A stretch of 64,000 nt of DNA from Octopus vulgaris (Eukaryota), in the NCBI GenBank assembly GCA_951406725.2, contig OX597828.1, forward strand, positions 24,490,001-24,554,000, written 5' to 3'. The notes beneath the pieces are model-generated. The model was not told where the DNA came from. It made no database searches and saw only the letters and a list, made by a program, of their open reading frames with translations. A program made the position numbers and the translations under genes. Positions 57,072 through 64,000 of this stretch are shown here, in pieces. Numbering within the stretch: position 1 is the stretch's first letter; each line of letters starts with the position of its first letter.

Positions 57072-59309
57072 TATCTATTTATCTATCTATCTATTTATCT
57101 ATTTACCTACCTACATATCTCTCTATCTATCTATTTATCTTCCCATGTACAACCCGATTCTTTGGCTAAACATAAAAATATGTTCGTTTTCAGCGTAACT
57201 AGAGCCGTCCGTGCATTCCTGCGCTGATGCGGATTTCATATTCAAATAAAACTTGAGAAGATTAATGCATCTGTGCCTTTATAATCTGGCATTATTAACG
57301 AATTAGACAATGAAGAGGTAAAGTATGAAATTTCCTTTCTTTCTTTCAAACTTTCTTTTATTTGTTTCGGTTACAGGACTACGGCCATCCTGGGCCTTTT
57401 TTTTCCGTTTTCTTCCAGATTACAACCATAAAGCAGTGTTTATCCATCTACTAAAGCAATTGTTATATACTCTTAGATTATTGGATTCTTCTCGTGACCA
57501 CCTTCACGGTAAAATGTGACTTTCATTGTCACACAGTAGGGAATTCACTGAGAATGATTTTGACCAAAAACGGAAGGAAAAATGGCGTTTATTACGATAC
57601 AATTTATATTAAAAGAACAACAGTTGAGAAAATATTTGTTGAGAGTGAACAGTTTAATGATAACAGAGAACTGTTATAGCAATGATAAAAACATTTATAC
57701 AAACAAAAGTTCTAAAATAAACATTGATAACAGTCATATAAATGGCTGATGTTGAGATAACAGCCTGTAGATATAATAACAATGTGTAGCAGTGAGATAA
57801 AAATAACAGATAAAAAGAACGATGCAGGGTTTAATGATAACAACTCCAAAATTGAAAGATGGAAGGAGACAGAAATATTGGAAAAGAGAGAAAAAAAAAC
57901 CTCTATGCACAGATATTGATATTATAACAATATTTTATAAGGAGTAATATAACATGGTGTAGATAGGAATTACAAACTCCTGTTAAATATAACAAAGTAA
58001 AAATTGAAAACATTCACCTCGTGTTAAATGCAACGCCTTATAACGTCTTACTTTAAACATAATAGTGATATCAAAGACATAACTTTTATAACCTTCAGCT
58101 GCTATTAAATACTGGATGTTAGTTATTAACACTTCTTGTTCAATGTAAACATGGTATAACGGTATAACATCAAAGCCTAACTGCCTGCAACAAGGTGTTA
58201 ATCGAAAGCAGTCAACTGTTGTTAAATATAACAATGAGTAAATGACTGCGAGCGTTGCAGGATAAATAGTTCTACAGCTAACCAACAAATATGGAAGCTA
58301 AATCCCTCTCAAATAACATCTAAGAAGAAGGCTACATTAAGTAGTGAAGTCTGGGGTCTACTGAAATTATGAGTGTGGCTAGCATGGCTTGTATCGCAGC
58401 TAGGCCTTCTGGGCTAGGGATTGGTTTCGGGGGCCTAAACAACCGCAACAGTCAAGTTGTAGGACTAACCCATCTCCCTTCACCCATAACATCACTAACA
58501 CCACTAACGTCCCTACTAATACCACTAACAGGCCTCTCCCCCTTACTATTAACACTACTAACACTACTAACAACACTACAGTTTGTTGTAGATGTTGTTT
58601 TAGTAGAGATCAACCCTGTCACATGTTGGCTGACCTTGATCAAAGTCGTTCCAATCTCATTTATCCTGACGGTGTATGTCAGGCTACATTAATTAATTAA
58701 CGCCCTCTCTTAATTATCGAGTGACTGGGCTGCGATTTCAACGACAGCATATAAAGGTTCAATTATTGGTCAGATTATATCTTTTAATGTTTAAACTAAC
58801 GTAGAAACACTCCGTAACACCATGTTCCAATTAAATATAGGAAAGACCACATATTTAACACCGAGCGCCCATGGAACATAGCAAAGAGTAGACGCACATA
58901 TGATATGAAGCTCCTTTAACATCCAGTTTATGTTAAAGATGACATATTCATATCATGTGACTCTTGCTGTCAACATGAATAGTACCCCTAACAAGCAGCA
59001 ACAATATGGAGGAAATATTTTGTACACCAGCAGCCAGGAATTGTTCGCCATAACATGAAGACAATATTTCTACACCAAGCTCCAGCAATTGTTCACCATA
59101 AAAACGACGCAGTATTTCTACACGAACAAACAGCAAATGTTCGCCATAATACGAAAGCAATGTTTCGTGCACCAACAAACAACAATTGTTCACTATCAAA
59201 TGGAGAATGTATTCATAACATTCAACACTTATTCAGAATATACCTTCCTATCAACTGATATCATTCACCCCATTTTTAACCCCTTTTCTAATTAACATCT
59301 ATCAATTTA

Positions 59310-59505
59310 TTACATCTTTCGTGATCATAACTACATTGTAGGGAATATAACATATTTTGTGATCATAACTACATCGTATAAACTTGATCTTTCATGATCT
59401 TAAATACATTGTAAGGACTATAACATCTTCCATGATCATAACTATATTGTATAAACTATAACATCTTTCATGATCATAAATACTTTGTAAGGATTATAAC
59501 ATCTT
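59310..59505. repeat. ~38-bp minisatellite, array 1
   Basis: Unit ~tgatcataactacattgtacagactataacatctttc, about 5 copies. Confidence 0.85.
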
Positions 59506-60256
59506 CTCTAAATGACTGTTTAATTTTCGGAACTCATATTAATAATGAATTCATATTGAGTTTAACTTGGGCAAAAACCTAACATATTTTAGAATTAAAA
59601 GTTCCATCTCCTCTGAAAATAAACATAAGTATACATATACAACCAGTCAATGCTGTAAATAACTTTAATAGTAATACTATAACAGCAATAAATATTTCTG
59701 CGTTAACTTAGAGGGTGTTTATAACACCTTGTCATGTACTGAAGATCTCACGTACTGCATTTATAACAACAAACCCTGATTTATACACCTCACTGACTTT
59801 ATAATATCGACTCGCTGCTAAAATTAATTTAGCTACATCAACACATTGTTAGTGTTATCAATAACATGGAGGCTACATAAATTATATCTAACAATCAAAT
59901 GCTGTGCACAGTTAACATGGAGATTTCAATTCTAACATCCATCTCTTGTCAACTACAACATGGAGACTACTTGTCACATTCAGCTCTTGTAGCTACACCA
60001 ACACATAGCTACACCAACACATACCAGCTACTGTTATCAATAACGAGAAGGCTACATGTGTACAGCACCCAGCTGTTGTTCACAATAACATGGACACTTT
60101 AAACACTCCGTCCCAGGGCTAATGCCTAACAACATCCAGCGTCATTTAAAAGTAACATTGAGAATATTTCATTAACAGCCATTCGTCTGCTAAATATAAC
60201 ATGGTCAACTATCATAAACAACCCCCTCCTTTGGAGAGAATGTTGGATAGCTTTCG

Positions 60257-60280
60257 CAACAACAACAACAACAACAACAA

Positions 60281-60374
<94 letters not shown>

Positions 60375-60381
60375 AACGACG

Positions 60382-60470
<89 letters not shown>
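60257..60470. repeat. (AAC)/(GAC) trinucleotide compound repeat
   Basis: Direct reading. Confidence 0.95.
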
Positions 60471-60759
60471 AATCTCCTGAAGGATGTAAGAATATCACTG
60501 TATGAACCATCTATTACAAAATAACTTTGATTATTTTCAACATCAAACTTCTCCAACTGACAACATCGAAACTTTTTTAAAGAACCAGGATTGGTCTACC
60601 AGTTTCTTGCAGATTTTCGTTAAGACCAAATTCCGTGAAAAACAACAAGAAGTATACTTCTGTGTCTTACAAACAACAATCAAATCTAAAAGATCAATTT
60701 CTTCCCGCAAATAATATCAAGACAATAAAATACTTCTTTTGATATAAATAATGCGATCG

Positions 60760-61320
60760 AAGCTACAACCATCAACATTCGATCTCACATAATACAGTAG
60801 AAATAATAATAAGCACTATCTCCTGATCTAAACATTGCAGTAGAGACTATACCACTTATATCCTGATCGCAACTACTTCAAACAGACTATAACGATCAGG
60901 TCTTGGTTATATATACACTGTCGAGTGTATAGCATCTACTTTAGGGTCGTAACAACAGTGTGCAAATTATAACATCAATCACGTGATCATAACTACACTG
61001 TACAGACTATAACATTTTTCGTGATCCATAACTACTTTGTAGGGACTATAAAATCTTTCCTGATCATAACTACACTGTACAGACTATAACATTTTTCTGA
61101 TCATAATTACATTGTATAAACTGTAACATCTTTTGTAGTCATAATTACATTGTACAAATTACAACATCTTTTGCGATCATAATTTTGTTGTACACCTCAT
61201 AAACCCCAGTCATGTGAGCTATACTGTACAGATAATACCATCTACCTTTTGATCATAATTGTATTCTATAGAGACCTTAACATCTATCTTACGATCGTAT
61301 TTACATTTTAAGGACTAAAA
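60760..61320. repeat. ~38-bp minisatellite, array 2 (same family as array 1)
   Basis: Units most regular at 60984-61190 and degenerate on both sides. Confidence 0.8.
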
Positions 61321-62317
61321 CAACCATCTCTTGCAATACCTGTACATAGAGTATATACGTTTGTTCTACTGGTTGAGTTACTTAAACAATATTCCAACTC
61401 CTTTTTTAAGTTGTTATTTTTTACAATATTGTTACTTAGTAACCACAGTTAAATACTTTTTTTATTATAATGTTCTTTGTTCTTTTTCAAAAACAAAATG
61501 TTTTAAATTTCTAGTTTTACGATTCCTTTTGTCAATGTTCAACTGAGAAAAGAAATCGTTTTTAAATGACAATATTTGAGTCTTATATCTTATGCCTCTA
61601 TTATATTTCAGCACCTTCTGTCATGAACAATATACCATCATCCTTATCAGCAGGCTAACCAAGCGAAGTGGTTTGTCTTCTACAGCACTCATTCAACACA
61701 TCCACTGTTCCTATTGCAAGACACGCACAAGGACAAAAGCCAGATCTTAGAAAAGGAAAGATTATCCCAATACAAGGACAACAAGTTCCTAGCATGAAGT
61801 CAGAGGAGTAAAAGCACATGAGGCCTGAGAAAAACTGAAGATAGATGTTGAAGAAGTGGTTCAGGGATGCTCCATTTTGTCATCAAGATTCAAACCGTCT
61901 TTGAACAAATTAACAACTTTCATTATCAGAAAATGCTGAATGGTGAAGTTTAAGAAAAAACAGAAAGCGGTAAACAAAAACATCACCAGCGAGAAACAGC
62001 AAAACCAACCAACAAAACATATCGTTCGCATTCACACTGTAATGCCTTATTAGTAAAAATATGTATGATTATAATTGTATAATATATATAATATATATTT
62101 TTATATATATATATATATATATACAAATTGAGATAGGGGTTGTGAGTGCAACCCACCATGGGATAACATATATCCAATATACTGCCAGTAAAGCACCCAA
62201 CAAAGTTAATACATAAATGTTAAGAATTGCGATGCAATTAATTCATTTATTGTATTATATGGGCGAAGGTAAAATGTTTTACCTCAAATTCATAATACAA
62301 AATAAGAAAATGGAAAA

Positions 62318-62657
62318 ACACATCTTAATCAATGATCAACTACCAGATGATACCCATTCACATAATTTATTAACCAACGACATATGAACATCAAGGTCAA
62401 ACACAATAGTACAGAACAGAACAGTGCACATCAATGAGTAAAAATGAAACAATAAGTACAATATTTATAAATAAATATAAATAAATATAAATATAAATAT
62501 AAACTATATATACATATTGTACTTATTGTATCATATTACTCATTGATGTGCACTGTTCTGTTCTGTACTATTATGTTTGACCTTGATGTTCATATGTAGT
62601 TGGTTAATAAATTATGTGAATGGGTATTATCTGGTAGTTGATTATAGATTAAGGTGT
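62318..62657. repeat. Long inverted repeat (~145-bp arms, AT-rich ~50-bp spacer)
   Basis: 62318-62465 is the reverse complement of 62514-62657 with few mismatches. Confidence 0.9.
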
Positions 62658-62984
62658 ATGTATGTATTTGTATGTATATATGTATACATATACAGTTATG
62701 TATATCCATATACATATATGTATATATATACATATGTATATGTATATATAGATACATATACATATACAAATATATGTATATGTATATATATGAATGTATT
62801 ATGACTGTCAGTATCAGACGAACGGGAACATGAAACTGAGTAATAATTCTGTGATAATTTTGCACCATTATACGTTCGATTGGTTACCCCACTTCGATCC
62901 TCACTGGACTTCCTATTCGGTTGGACTTGCATCTGAACTACTTTCCCGTCGTGCATATATATATACATATATATAATTATTCTT

Positions 62985-63203
62985 TGACTCCTTTATTTGT
63001 TTCAGTCATTTGATTGTGGCCGTGCTAGAGCAACGCCTTTTGTCGAACTGACCACAAAACGTATTCTTTGTAAGGCTGGTACTAATTCTATTGTTCTCTT
63101 TTGCAAAGTTACGGGTTACACAGCAGTTGTCAAGCGATGATGGGGCGGTACCAAACACAGACACACAAACATACACACACACACTTACACACACAAACAC
63201 ACG

Positions 63204-63235
<32 letters not shown>

Positions 63236-63345
63236 CATGCACGACGGGCTTCTTTTAATTTCCATCTACCAGATCCACTGGAAAGGCTTTGGTCGGCCCA
63301 AGGCTATAGTAGAAGGTACCTGCCCAATGTGCCAAGCAGTGAGTG
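62985..63345 (-). mobile_element. SINE family B
   Basis: Reverse complement similarity to 9541-9895. Confidence 0.75.
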
Positions 63346-63715
63346 ATATTGAACATGATATATATTACTAGTGAAAAAATCCATAAAATGTAAGGGAATA
63401 ACTAATTTTGATGCACGGAAAAATAGGGTATATATACATGTACGTGTATATAGTTAAATGTGGTGTTGAATGGATTACCAAATTTATTACGTATCAACGA
63501 AAACTCTATTTAAGGTGCTGTCAATCAGCGTATAAAAATTATGTAAGGGAATGTACTCAGACATGCCTATTTGCCAGTTTGAGTAAGTTACCTCCCTTGA
63601 ACATAAAAATCTTTACGTTATTTGTATTCGAAGGACCTGAGTAACAATGCATAGGCTTCTATGAGAATCCATACATACATACATACATACATACATACAT
63701 ACATACATACATACA

Positions 63716-63749
<34 letters not shown>

Positions 63750-64000
63750 CATATATACATATAACATGCATACATGCATACATACATGCATACATGCATA
63801 CATACGTACATGCATACATACATACATGCATACGTAATGCATACATACATGAATATATGCATACATACAAGCATGCATGCATACATACATACATGCATAC
63901 ATGTATGCATACATACATACATGCATACATGCATGCATACATACATGTATACACATACATAAATACATACAAATAAATACATACATACATATATAAATAT

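Noticed and set aside
60201-60556. Poly-N/D, poly-R/C and poly-S ORFs
   Set aside because: Trinucleotide microsatellite open in several frames.
59310-61320. CRISPR-like periodic repeats
   Set aside because: Units are contiguous and degenerate with no unique spacers, there are no cas genes, and the context is eukaryotic.
62808-62850. cagacga...gaaac hammerhead-like remnant
   Set aside because: Core mutated and stem II not formed.

Overview
AT-rich, microsatellite-saturated animal DNA, most likely intronic or intergenic octopus (coleoid cephalopod) sequence; the assignment is inferred from the tRNA-derived SINE families and the repeat load. Nearly all ORFs in the track are microsatellite artefacts. 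Recognisable coding remnants come from mobile elements: two R4/Dong-like restriction-like-endonuclease retrotransposons abutting (TAA)n, RTE and CR1-like LINE fragments, Penelope-like elements (PLEs), a hAT transposon and mariner remnants. There are also MITEs, a non-autonomous Helitron and many SINEs. At most one or two candidate host exons are visible. The standout signal is a nearly perfect 588-bp tandem repeat (12347-13616). Each unit carries a minimal type I hammerhead ribozyme with a palindromic stem III and a long stem II, an architecture like a retrozyme or PLE pseudo-LTR that could release a 588-nt RNA monomer or circle. Several other sequence-divergent minimal hammerheads are scattered in (TA)n tracts, including an inverted pair flanking a PLE RT/GIY-YIG ORF. 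Several long fold-back palindromes and inverted SINE pairs are potential dsRNA sources. All structures were read by eye and no database searches were run.
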